DNA of 64,000 nucleotides from Bacillota bacterium (GCA_022706765.1 JAKJBX010000003.1:10291-74290), one strand, 5' to 3'; counted from the first letter of the stretch, positions 1 through 8,817 are shown. The notes: generated from the sequence alone by a model not told the origin. Translations and numbers: made by a program.

Positions 1-1
1 C

Positions 2-532
2 ATGATGATGCAGGCGCTGTCGGCGCAGGTCATACGCCACAAGCGGGTGATGAGCGACAGGTGCGTCATCATCTGCCCATCGATTTGCAACGGCTTTTTC
101 CATGATGAGCTGTTCACGGGCTATCGCGAGGTGTTTGACATGTTCCAAAAGGACTATATGAACACCCTGCCCGATATGGACAGGTACGGCGAGCTTTTTG
201 CGACAAACGGGGAGTATATCAGAAACTACCGGTACGGCAACGGCTTTCATCCGTTCCATGCGTTCTCGATGATCAGCTGCGGTCACATAGCGGAGGAAAA
301 CACCGCCGCCATCTATATCACCGGTGCGGAAAAGACAGGGCTTGCACGTTCGATGGGGCTCAAAACCCGTACGACGATCGAAGAAGCCTTAGCGGACGCC
401 AAGAAAAAATATGTTGGTGAAAGCCCCAATATTTTAGCGCTTCCGCTGGCGTTTAAGACCACCGCCGTCCACCTGTGCATGAAAAACGACAGCAAGGAAT
501 ACGGCGTGGACTATTGCTGTCATGGAAAGTAG
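2..532 (+). CDS. 3' part of a gene entering from upstream; possibly LarA-family (DUF2088, lactate-racemase-like) C-terminal region
   Basis: ORF open to window edge and overlaps next gene by 11 nt (operon). Family call rests on weak recall of LarA-like C-terminal pattern (GNGFHPFHAF ... GLKTRTTIEEALADA); unverified. Confidence 0.4.
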   Translation: MMMQALSAQVIRHKRVMSDRCVIICPSICNGFFHDELFTGYREVFDMFQKDYMNTLPDMDRYGELFATNGEYIRNYRYGNGFHPFHAFSMISCGHIAEENTAAIYITGAEKTGLARSMGLKTRTTIEEALADAKKKYVGESPNILALPLAFKTTAVHLCMKNDSKEYGVDYCCHGK

Positions 533-1349
533 TCCTGTGTCACACTATACCATCACCAAAGGCAGCGTGAGGGGTATCGTTTCGTCAAAGGGCGGTGAGC
601 TGATCTCCCTGTCGGTCGGCGGCAGGGAAATGCTGTGGCATGGCGACGAAAAATATTGGGCGGGCAGGAATCCCACGCTGTTTCCGGTTATCGGCTGCCT
701 CAAAGGCGGAAAAACGTCCATCGGCGGCAGGGAATATGCCATCACCAAGCATGGCTTTGCACGGGATCTGACGTTTGAGGTTACAGATGTTCAACCTGAC
801 CAGGTCACTATGCTGCTCAAAGACGACCCATACACCCGAGCGATGTATCCGTATAGCTTTAACCTGGTGATCACGCACCGCATTCTTGAAAACGGATTTT
901 CGACGACTCTTTCAGTCGAAAACACCGATGACAGGGACATCTTTTTTGGCATCGGCGGGCATACGGGGTTTGTCTGCCCGATGTCCGGCGACGCATTTTC
1001 GGACTATGACATTGTGTTTAATAAACAGGAAACAAAGCATATCAGTCCGCTTTCCCTGGACCACGCACTGTTTAAGCATGATGTTATTATGTTTGATAAC
1101 ATGCGTTCAGACAGTGTAAAGCTCATAAACCGGCACACCGGCAGGGGCATTCGCTTTGACTTTGAGGGCTTTAACGTATTCGCTGTTTGGCAGCCCTATG
1201 GTCAGGATACGCCCTTTGTCTGCTTGGAGCCGTGGAGCATGCCGCCTGATTCCGAGGATTCTGACGTTGCATTGGAAAACAAACCCTATATTACAGCTTT
1301 AAAGCCGAATGAAACGCAAAGCTTTGCCTATTCGGCGGTGAATATTTAG
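522..1349 (+). CDS. aldose 1-epimerase (galactose mutarotase-like) family protein
   Basis: 275 aa; LFPVIGCLKGGKTSIGGREYAITKHGFARD and GGHTGF motifs typical of the YihR/LacX-type aldose epimerase fold. Confidence 0.8.
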   Translation: MESSPVSHYTITKGSVRGIVSSKGGELISLSVGGREMLWHGDEKYWAGRNPTLFPVIGCLKGGKTSIGGREYAITKHGFARDLTFEVTDVQPDQVTMLLKDDPYTRAMYPYSFNLVITHRILENGFSTTLSVENTDDRDIFFGIGGHTGFVCPMSGDAFSDYDIVFNKQETKHISPLSLDHALFKHDVIMFDNMRSDSVKLINRHTGRGIRFDFEGFNVFAVWQPYGQDTPFVCLEPWSMPPDSEDSDVALENKPYITALKPNETQSFAYSAVNI

Positions 1350-1351
1350 AA

Positions 1352-1542
1352 GGCGGTGTTCGTGTGAAAGAAGCTTTCACATGACCGTCTCTGACGGATG
1401 CACACGAAACGCGATAGGAAGGTGGCGTACGCCGCCCGCGTTTCGGTGCGGCAACCTCCTTTATTCCTCTGCTCCGCGAATAAAGGGAAACTTTCATATT
1501 TTATTTGTGCCGATGCGGAGCGGCGGAATGGAGGGTGATATG
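1352..1542 (+). repeat. Intercistronic repeat R3 copy 1, interrupted by a 117-nt insert (1380-1496)
   Basis: GGTGTTCGTGTGAAAGAAGCTTTCA ... TATTTTATTTGTGCCGATGCGGAGCGGCGGAATGGAGGGTGATATG matches 22831-22908 at roughly 85% by eye. Insert is flanked by AAGCTTTCA / AAACTTTCA. Confidence 0.7.
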
Positions 1543-2460
1543 GCGATCTATAAATTAAAGGAAAACAGGGTCTACCGCCCGTTTTTGGGCGGCAAGCTGT
1601 TGGATGAGTGGCAGGGTAGGCAGGATGCCGCAGACGGCAACTATCCTGAACGCTGGGTGGCGTCGACGGTTGTCGCCACGGATGGCACAGGGCTGTCACA
1701 AACCGAGGACGGCAGGCTGCTCAGAGATGTGATCCGCCGTGACCTCGACGTGCTGGTCAAAGTGCTCGATAGCTGCTCCCGCCTGATGATACAGACGCAC
1801 CCGACAGATGTGCAGTCCCAAAAATACTGCCGCTATCCCTATGGAAAAACTGAGTGCTGGTACATACTGGGCACCAGAAAGATCGGTGACGAAAACCCAT
1901 ATGTCCTATTAGGGTTTAAAGAGGGCATCACCAGGGAAAAGTGGATAGACCTTTTTAACAGGCAGGACATCAGCGCCATGATCGGCTGCCTGAACAAAAT
2001 AGAGGTGAAAAAGGGCGACTGTTTTTTTGTACCGGCGAATGTGCCGCATGCGATGGGCGGCGGCGTGTTCTTCGCGGAGGCGCAGCAGCCGACGGATATC
2101 ACGTTTCGGATGGAATATGTCACCCCTGCGGGCAAACGGCTCGAGGACAGGGACCTGCACGGCGGCGCAGGGTTTGACGCTATGTTTGACTGCTTTGCAT
2201 ACGTGCCGTCAAAGCCCGGGGACTACATGGTCATGCGGGAAAACGATACCGTGATTTCCAACGATTTTTTCAGCATCACTCAGGCAAAGGCGGGCAGCTT
2301 TAAGGTCGGCAGCTACGCGATCGTACTGATGATGGACGGCGAGGGCGAAATCAATGACGTGCCGGTCAAAAGAGCCGATGAGCTGTATATAGATGAGGAC
2401 TTTACGGTCACAGGTGATGCGGAAATCTTAATTTTCACAGGAAAGGATAAGATGAGATGA
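1540..2460 (+). CDS. class I mannose-6-phosphate isomerase-like cupin
   Basis: Start moved to ATG 1540 (GGAGGG SD 6 nt upstream). QTHP, ECWYIL and VPANVPHAMG motifs of type I PMI. Confidence 0.75.
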   Translation: MAIYKLKENRVYRPFLGGKLLDEWQGRQDAADGNYPERWVASTVVATDGTGLSQTEDGRLLRDVIRRDLDVLVKVLDSCSRLMIQTHPTDVQSQKYCRYPYGKTECWYILGTRKIGDENPYVLLGFKEGITREKWIDLFNRQDISAMIGCLNKIEVKKGDCFFVPANVPHAMGGGVFFAEAQQPTDITFRMEYVTPAGKRLEDRDLHGGAGFDAMFDCFAYVPSKPGDYMVMRENDTVISNDFFSITQAKAGSFKVGSYAIVLMMDGEGEINDVPVKRADELYIDEDFTVTGDAEILIFTGKDKMR

Positions 2461-3569
2461 GTATGGTATCAATGAAGCCGATATTAAAGGCGGCGGTTGA
2501 AGGTAAGTATGCGCACGGCGCATTCAATGTCAATGCAATATGCCAGATTGAAGCGGTCGTCAGGATGCACGAGATTTTGCGCAGCCCGCTGATTATTCAG
2601 GCGGCAGATTTGGCAAATGGATTTATGGGCGGCAACGCCGACTTTATGAAATCCACCATTGAGGACAAACGCAGGGGAGCAAAGCGCATCGGTGACAAAG
2701 TCAGGGCGCTGGCGGAAAGGTCGGTTATCCCGGTTTGCCTGCACCTTGACCACGGCAAGGATATGGACAGCATCCGGGCAGCAATCGACGGCGGCTTTAC
2801 GTCGGTCATGATCGACGGTTCACACCTGCCCTATGACGAAAACGTGGCAATCACCAAAAAGGTGGTGGATTATGCCAAGGGCTTCGGCGTGTCGGTCGAG
2901 GGTGAGCTGGGTGTTTTGGCGGGCGTGGAAGATGACGTGTTCAGCGAAAAGTCCACCTATACCAACCCCATGCTGGTCTGTGACTTTTTTGAAAAAACAG
3001 GGGTCGATTGCCTTGCCATCAGCTATGGCACCATGCACGGACCCGTCAAGGGCAAAAACGTCAGGCTGAGGAAAGAAATCGCCACGGCGTCTATGGAAAA
3101 TATGCGTCACTCCGGCATTGAGGGCGCACTGGTGTCGCACGGCAGTTCCATCGTTCCGCCCCAGTTGGTACAGGACATCATCAACAATGGCGGCGAGCTC
3201 AGCGACGCAGGCGGCATCCCGCTTGACCAATTGAAAGCGGTCATTCCCGAAGGCATCTGCAAAATCAACATAGACACCGATCTGCGACTTGCAGCAACAC
3301 GCAATGTCAGGGAATATTTCAACCGCAACCCGAAGCAGAAGGAAAACCTGAACCTTAAAGCGATTTGGGACATCATGCAAAGCAATCCCAAAATCGTCGA
3401 TCCGAGGGGCTGGCTGGTACCGATGATGGACACTGTCACCGCCGGCGTCATCCCCAACGACGACATTGCCGATATCGTCGGCTGCATCAAGGACGGCATC
3501 AGTGAAATCGTCGCCACCCTGATTGTCGAATTCGGCAGCAGCAATAAAATGCATTTGGTAAAAGCATAA
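2457..3569 (+). CDS. class II fructose/tagatose-bisphosphate aldolase family protein (long form, 370 aa)
   Basis: HLDHGKD, MIDGSHLPYDENV, EGELG motifs; ATGA overlap with upstream gene. Confidence 0.85.
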   Translation: MSMVSMKPILKAAVEGKYAHGAFNVNAICQIEAVVRMHEILRSPLIIQAADLANGFMGGNADFMKSTIEDKRRGAKRIGDKVRALAERSVIPVCLHLDHGKDMDSIRAAIDGGFTSVMIDGSHLPYDENVAITKKVVDYAKGFGVSVEGELGVLAGVEDDVFSEKSTYTNPMLVCDFFEKTGVDCLAISYGTMHGPVKGKNVRLRKEIATASMENMRHSGIEGALVSHGSSIVPPQLVQDIINNGGELSDAGGIPLDQLKAVIPEGICKINIDTDLRLAATRNVREYFNRNPKQKENLNLKAIWDIMQSNPKIVDPRGWLVPMMDTVTAGVIPNDDIADIVGCIKDGISEIVATLIVEFGSSNKMHLVKA

Positions 3570-3580
3570 GAACACCCTTT

Positions 3581-3620
3581 CCGTCCGGAGCGCAATGCGC
3601 TTCGGACGGTTTTGTTTTTT
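3581..3620 (+). terminator. rho-independent terminator of the sugar operon
   Basis: CCGTCCGGAGCGC-AAT-GCGCTTCGGACGG stem (one G.U) followed by TTTTGTTTTTT. Confidence 0.75.
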
Positions 3621-3689
3621 ATAGGAAATTACGCAAAATCGGCGTAATTTCCGCACTTCGGCGAAATGAATCCGCCTACGCTTAGGCAC
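3620..3689 (+). repeat. Intergenic repeat R2 copy 1
   Basis: TATAGGAAATTACGCAAAATCGGCGTAATTTCCGCACTTCGGCGAAATGAATCCGCCTACGCTTAGGCAC; 11-bp perfect hairpin GGAAATTACGC/GCGTAATTTCC. Recurs at 6592-6654 (inverted) and 52699-52765. Confidence 0.8.
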
Positions 3690-3756
3690 ATCATGCCGAT
3701 GCCGTCATACAATGACATTAGGAAACAAATTAAACATAATGAGGTTAGGGTAAGAC

Positions 3757-4017
3757 ATGAATATAGAAAGTACACTCAATGAATTAAATCAGGGGCAAAG
3801 CGCAACGGTCACAAGGCTGCTCTCACAGGGAGGTATCAGGCGCAGGCTCCAAGACATCGGGCTGGTCGTCGGCACGAGGGTGTCCTGCCTGCAAAAGAGT
3901 CCCTTGGGCGACCCTGTGGCATATCTCGTCAGGGGTGCGGTCATTGCCATCCGTTCAGAGGATTCGTCCAATATCATCGTATCCGGCGTGAGCGCAAGCG
4001 CCGCAGAATGGTTATGA
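3757..4017 (+). CDS. feoA: FeoA-family ferrous iron transport protein
   Basis: 86 aa SH3-like FeoA pattern (GLVVGTRVSCLQKSPLGDPVAYLVRGAVIAIR), directly upstream of feoB. Confidence 0.85.
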   Translation: MNIESTLNELNQGQSATVTRLLSQGGIRRRLQDIGLVVGTRVSCLQKSPLGDPVAYLVRGAVIAIRSEDSSNIIVSGVSASAAEWL

Positions 4018-6119
4018 AACAGCGGGATAGTCAGACGGAGACTGTAAAGGTAATTGCCTTGTCAGGCAATCCGAATGTGGGGAAAAGCACCGTCTTTAAC
4101 AGTCTGACGGGTATGAACCAGCATACGGGCAACTGGGCGGGCAAAACTGTGTCGAGCGCAAGCGGCAGGTTTAGCTTTTGCGGCACGGACTATACGCTTT
4201 TTGACATCCCGGGTACATACTCGCTGGTACCGCAGTCGGCAGAGGAGGAGGTCGCCCGCAATTTCATCTGTTTCGGCGAGCCGGACGCAGTGGTTGTCGT
4301 GTGCGACGCCACCTGCCTTGAACGCAATATGAACCTCGTGCTGCAAACCATCGAGCTGACTGGACGTGTGGTCTTGTGCGTCAACCTGTTGGATGAGGCG
4401 GAAAAGAAAAAAATCCGCATCGACTTTCCGGCGCTGTCCGAAAAGCTGGGCGTACCGGTCGTCGGTACCGCCGCACGGCAAAACCGCGGGCTTGATGACC
4501 TGATGCAGGCAGTGGACGGCGTCGCAAGCGGCAAAATCAAAAACAAACCGTTTACTGTCGCTTATGCCGAGAAAATCGAGCAAGCGATCAGCATGCTTTT
4601 GCCTGCCGCAGAGCAAATCAACCGCACAAAGCTGCCCGCACGTTGGATTTGCTTAAAGCTCTTAGAGGGTGACACAGCGCTGTTGGAAGAAATCAAGCGC
4701 CGCTTCGGCATTGATTTTCTTGCGGAGGAATCGGTCGGAGAACAATTAAAGGAAGCGCAGGCGCTGCTTCGTCAGGCGCATTTGAGCGGCGAGGCGCTAT
4801 GCGATAACATTGCCGGCAGCCTGGTCAGGTCGGCGGAGCACATCTGTAAGAACACCGTTTCTTTTGGGGATAAAGGCTACAACGACACGGACAGATACTT
4901 AGACCGCCTGCTGACCGGCAGAAAGATCGGCTTTCCTGTGATGATCATGCTGCTGCTTTTCATCCTGTGGCTTACCATCACCGGCGCAAACTATCCGTCA
5001 CAGCTTTTAGGGGATCTGCTGTTTAGCATCGAGGGCATGCTGGGAGAAGTTTTCCGGTTTTTCGGCGCACCCGAATGGCTGCAAAATATGCTGGTGCACG
5101 GCGTTTACCGTGTGCTCGCATGGGTGGTGTCGGTGATGCTGCCGCCGATGGCGATATTTTTCCCGCTGTTTACCCTGTTAGAGGATTTGGGGTATCTGCC
5201 GAGAGTGGCATTCAACTTGGATAAATACTTCAAAAGGTGCCATGCCTGCGGAAAACAGGCGCTCACGATGTGTATGGGTTTCGGCTGTAATGCAGCGGGC
5301 ATTGTCGGATGCAGGATCATCGACTCGCCCCGTGAACGTCTGATTGCCATGCTCACCAACAATTTTGTACCGTGCAACGGCAGATTCCCTACGATGATTG
5401 CCGTCATCGCCATGTTTTTCGTCACATCGGACGGAGTGCTTGGATCGCTGCTTTCCGCGGCTTTGCTGACGCTGGTGATACTGCTCGGCATAGGCATGAC
5501 CTTTTTGGTATCGCACATGCTTTCCAAAACGCTGCTACGGGGTAAGGCATCCTCCTTTACACTGGAACTGCCCCCCTACCGCCGGCCCCGGATAAAACAG
5601 GTAATCGTCCGTTCGATCGTTGACCGGACTCTGTTCGTTTTGGGAAGGGCGATCGCCGTCGCTGCGCCTGCGGGCCTGGTAATTTGGCTAATGGCGAATA
5701 TTTCAGTCGGCGACGGTACGCTGCTTATGTATTGCTCAGGACTTCTCGACCCCTTTGCACGCCTTTTAGGGATGGACGGCGTGATTTTGCTGGCGTTTAT
5801 TTTAGCGCTCCCCGCCAACGAGATTGTCGTGCCGGTCATCGTGATGTCTTATATGGCAAACGGCAGCCTAATCGAGATAGACAGTCTCGCCGGACTGCGC
5901 CTGCTGCTGACCGAGAACGGCTGGACCCCGGTCACTGCAGTCTGTACGGTGCTTTTTTCACTGATGCACTGGCCATGCTCAACCACCTGCCTGACCATTC
6001 GCAAGGAAACCTGCAGCCTGAAATGGATGGCAGCGGCATTTGTCATACCGACAGTGTTCGGCATGACCGTTTGTTTTGTTATTAACACCGCTTATACGAT
6101 TTTAGCGCGCTGCTTTTAG
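4008..6119 (+). CDS. feoB: ferrous iron transporter FeoB
   Basis: N-terminal G-domain GNPNVGKSTVFNSLTG, DIPG, then polytopic membrane domain; 703 aa. ATG 4014 is an alternative start. Confidence 0.95.
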   Translation: MVMKQRDSQTETVKVIALSGNPNVGKSTVFNSLTGMNQHTGNWAGKTVSSASGRFSFCGTDYTLFDIPGTYSLVPQSAEEEVARNFICFGEPDAVVVVCDATCLERNMNLVLQTIELTGRVVLCVNLLDEAEKKKIRIDFPALSEKLGVPVVGTAARQNRGLDDLMQAVDGVASGKIKNKPFTVAYAEKIEQAISMLLPAAEQINRTKLPARWICLKLLEGDTALLEEIKRRFGIDFLAEESVGEQLKEAQALLRQAHLSGEALCDNIAGSLVRSAEHICKNTVSFGDKGYNDTDRYLDRLLTGRKIGFPVMIMLLLFILWLTITGANYPSQLLGDLLFSIEGMLGEVFRFFGAPEWLQNMLVHGVYRVLAWVVSVMLPPMAIFFPLFTLLEDLGYLPRVAFNLDKYFKRCHACGKQALTMCMGFGCNAAGIVGCRIIDSPRERLIAMLTNNFVPCNGRFPTMIAVIAMFFVTSDGVLGSLLSAALLTLVILLGIGMTFLVSHMLSKTLLRGKASSFTLELPPYRRPRIKQVIVRSIVDRTLFVLGRAIAVAAPAGLVIWLMANISVGDGTLLMYCSGLLDPFARLLGMDGVILLAFILALPANEIVVPVIVMSYMANGSLIEIDSLAGLRLLLTENGWTPVTAVCTVLFSLMHWPCSTTCLTIRKETCSLKWMAAAFVIPTVFGMTVCFVINTAYTILARCF

Positions 6120-6532
6120 AAAGAACGCAAATGCGCTGCTCCTCTGAGAAGTAATAGGTCTGCTTTCGGTGATTATCACCAAAAATATGCATATTTTTAG
6201 GCGTAGGAAGCAGATTTTTTAGGCATTTTTACAATTTTACAAAAGATTTGCACATCAATATAAAAAAATGGGGATTTACTCTCGGTGAAAATTTCTCTAT
6301 AATAAATATTACGTCTTGCAAATACTTGCGGGTTCGTATGCAAAACGATCGGGGTGAGCGATGAGGTGATGGACGGGAGGATTGGCGTCATGCTTCGTAC
6401 GACTTCGGATTTGTGAGGCGGCGGTCACACAGACTGCCATGGAGCTTGCTTTATTTGGATGATTTCACAAAAAAATCACGGTTTTTTGTGAATATATCAA
6501 GTTTTGTTGATAAACAGAAAGAAATGTATATT

Positions 6533-6561
6533 TACGCAGTGTATCTAAAAAGGTATAATTT
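6533..6561 (+). promoter_or_regulatory. candidate sigma-A promoter for ABC permease operon
   Basis: TTTACG-17 nt-TATAAT. Confidence 0.35.
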
Positions 6562-6591
6562 AATTGTAGGTTTATGCGTAAAGAACAAAGC

Positions 6592-6654
6592 ATAGGCGAA
6601 TTCATTTCGCCGGAGCGCGGAAATTACGCCGATGTTGTGTAATTTCCTATAAAT
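6592..6654 (-). repeat. Intergenic repeat R2 copy 2 (inverted orientation)
   Basis: Reverse complement reads TATAGGAAATTACACAACATCGGCGTAATTTCCGCGCTCCGGCGAAATGAATTCGCCTATGC. Lies in the 5' leader of the permease operon. Confidence 0.8.
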
Positions 6655-6691
6655 AAATAAAACCATACATAGCGAAGGCGGTGCACAGGTA

Positions 6692-7666
6692 TTGAAAGTT
6701 ACGGAGTACAGCAAACAAACAACGAAAAGTACCATTGCGGTTGACAGGAAAAGGAGCCTTTGGTCGCAGATTAAAAGAGACAAATATTTATATTTGCTCT
6801 TGCTGCCGATGGTTGCATACTATATTCTTTTCAACTATAAGCCGATGTACGGCTTGCAGATTGCATTCAAGGAATTCAATCCGGCGCTCGGCATTACGGC
6901 CAGCTCTTGGATAGATCCATGGTACTATTATTTCCAACAGTTCTTTGGCGGTCCGTATTTTGTGCGTCTGCTTAAGAATACTCTGATCCTAAACGGTTAT
7001 ATGCTGCTGTTTGCATTCCCGCTGCCGATTATTTTGGCGTTGATGCTCAACGAGGTCAAAAGTCAAACCTACAAAAAACTTGCGCAGACCTTTGTTTACG
7101 TTCCGCATTTTATCTCTATGGTGGTTGTTGCGGGTTTGGTCACAAACTTCCTGTCGCCCGGAAGCGGTATCATCAACCTGATCATCGAGAAGTTCGGCGG
7201 CGAAAAGGTATACTTCCTGATAAAGCCTGAATATTTCCGGCCGATTTATGTTTTGATGCACATTTGGAAGGAAGTCGGTTTTAATTCTATTATTTACATA
7301 GCGGCCCTTGCGGCGGTTGATATGGAGCTTTATGAAGCAGCCAGGATCGACGGTGCTGGCAGATGGAAGCAGCTTTGGCACGTGACCCTTCCGGGGATCC
7401 TGCCGACAGTCATTATCATGCTGATTTTGAGGATCGGGCATCTTCTTGACATCGGCTATGAAGCCATCATTTTGCTCTATCAGCCAGTCACCTTTGCAAC
7501 TGCGGATGTTTTCAGTTCGTATGTCTATCGTGAAGCGGTTCTCAGCCCAACGCCGCAGTATTCGCTTGCCGCTGCTGTCGGGTTGTTTAACGGAGTGGTT
7601 GCGCTCATACTCGTTTTAATTTCCAACACAGTCAGCAAAAAAGTAACAGAAATCAGTTTATGGTAG
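6692..7666 (+). CDS. carbohydrate ABC transporter permease (LplB/YtcP-like, CUT1)
   Basis: LLLLPMVAYYILFNYKPMYGLQIAFKEF N-terminus and EAARIDGAGRWKQLWHVTLP EAA loop. TTG start is uncertain. Confidence 0.85.
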   Translation: MKVTEYSKQTTKSTIAVDRKRSLWSQIKRDKYLYLLLLPMVAYYILFNYKPMYGLQIAFKEFNPALGITASSWIDPWYYYFQQFFGGPYFVRLLKNTLILNGYMLLFAFPLPIILALMLNEVKSQTYKKLAQTFVYVPHFISMVVVAGLVTNFLSPGSGIINLIIEKFGGEKVYFLIKPEYFRPIYVLMHIWKEVGFNSIIYIAALAAVDMELYEAARIDGAGRWKQLWHVTLPGILPTVIIMLILRIGHLLDIGYEAIILLYQPVTFATADVFSSYVYREAVLSPTPQYSLAAAVGLFNGVVALILVLISNTVSKKVTEISLW

Positions 7667-7676
7667 GTGGTCGGAT

Positions 7677-8540
7677 ATGAAAAAGTCAACAGGTGAATGG
7701 ATTTTTACAATAATCAACTATACATTGATAACAGCCGGGGCGTTGCTTGCTATTTATCCGTTTGTGTACGTACTGGTTGCTTCGCTCAGCAGCGGCGATG
7801 CTGTGACGGCGGGCGAGGTTTGGCTGATCCCCAAGGGGTTTCAGCTCGGGGCATATGAGGAAGTTTTCCAACTGGACAGCATTTGGGTATCCTATGGTAA
7901 CGCCTTGTTCTACACCGTATTCGGTACGATGTTCAGCTTGGTCATTACGATTTGCGGTGCCTATACGCTTTCCAAAAAAAGGCTTGTCGGCAGAAGATTT
8001 TTCAACTATATGGTGCTGTTCACGATGTGGTTCAATCCCGGCATGGTTCCGCACTATCTGAACTTCAAAAGCCTTGGGCTGTACAATCAAAGGCTTGCCG
8101 TCATCGTTGCCTTTGCTGTGCTGGCGTTTTATGTCATTTTGATGCGGACGTATTTTGAGTCCATTCCCGACTCGCTTGAAGAAGCGGCGAGCATTGACGG
8201 CGCAAGTGATTTGTACATATTGTTCAAGGTTTATCTGCCCATGGCAATACCTGCCATAGCGACGATCAGTCTGTATTATGCGGTCATCCGCTGGAATGGG
8301 TTCTTATGGTCGATGATTTTGCTTAGAGATTCCAGCAAAGTGCCGTTACAGGTTTGGCTTAAAAAGCTGATTGTGGAAATGAACATGGAGGCGCAGGATG
8401 GCGTGGATATGGGTCAGTATAACCGAGAGGTCATGATTTATGCAACCATTGTTATTGCCGTGCTTCCGATGCTGGCGTTGTATCCGTTTATCCAAAGGTT
8501 CTTTATTAAGGGTATTATGGTTGGCGCAATCAAAGGTTAA
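7677..8540 (+). CDS. carbohydrate ABC transporter permease (LplC-like, CUT1)
   Basis: 6-TM MalG-type pattern; EAASIDGASDLYILFKVYLPMA EAA loop. Confidence 0.9.
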   Translation: MKKSTGEWIFTIINYTLITAGALLAIYPFVYVLVASLSSGDAVTAGEVWLIPKGFQLGAYEEVFQLDSIWVSYGNALFYTVFGTMFSLVITICGAYTLSKKRLVGRRFFNYMVLFTMWFNPGMVPHYLNFKSLGLYNQRLAVIVAFAVLAFYVILMRTYFESIPDSLEEAASIDGASDLYILFKVYLPMAIPAIATISLYYAVIRWNGFLWSMILLRDSSKVPLQVWLKKLIVEMNMEAQDGVDMGQYNREVMIYATIVIAVLPMLALYPFIQRFFIKGIMVGAIKG

Positions 8541-8817
8541 TCGGCGGTCGGTTCATATGATCAGGAGGCCGGTTCTGAAACAAATAAAGGTACAGATGAC
8601 TGGAATTTAACTGAGTAACACTGGCTCAGGCATTAGAAAGTTAAACTTATTCCCCCTGTCGCATGATTTTGGCGTATTTCGCCGTTGTCGTTCTTGCCCC
8701 GCATGGGCAAGGTTTCGTCCTCCGACGGCAAAACACACCAAAACTTCAAAGCCACAGGGGGTGTTTTGCAGTTTTGAACGGGCGGATTTTTGTCTTATTG
8801 AGAGGTCGTATCAAGAG

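Noticed and set aside
3690-3756. Fur box upstream of feoA.
   Set aside because: Only a short ATAATGA fragment is present. There is no convincing 19-bp GATAATGATAATCATTATC-like palindrome.
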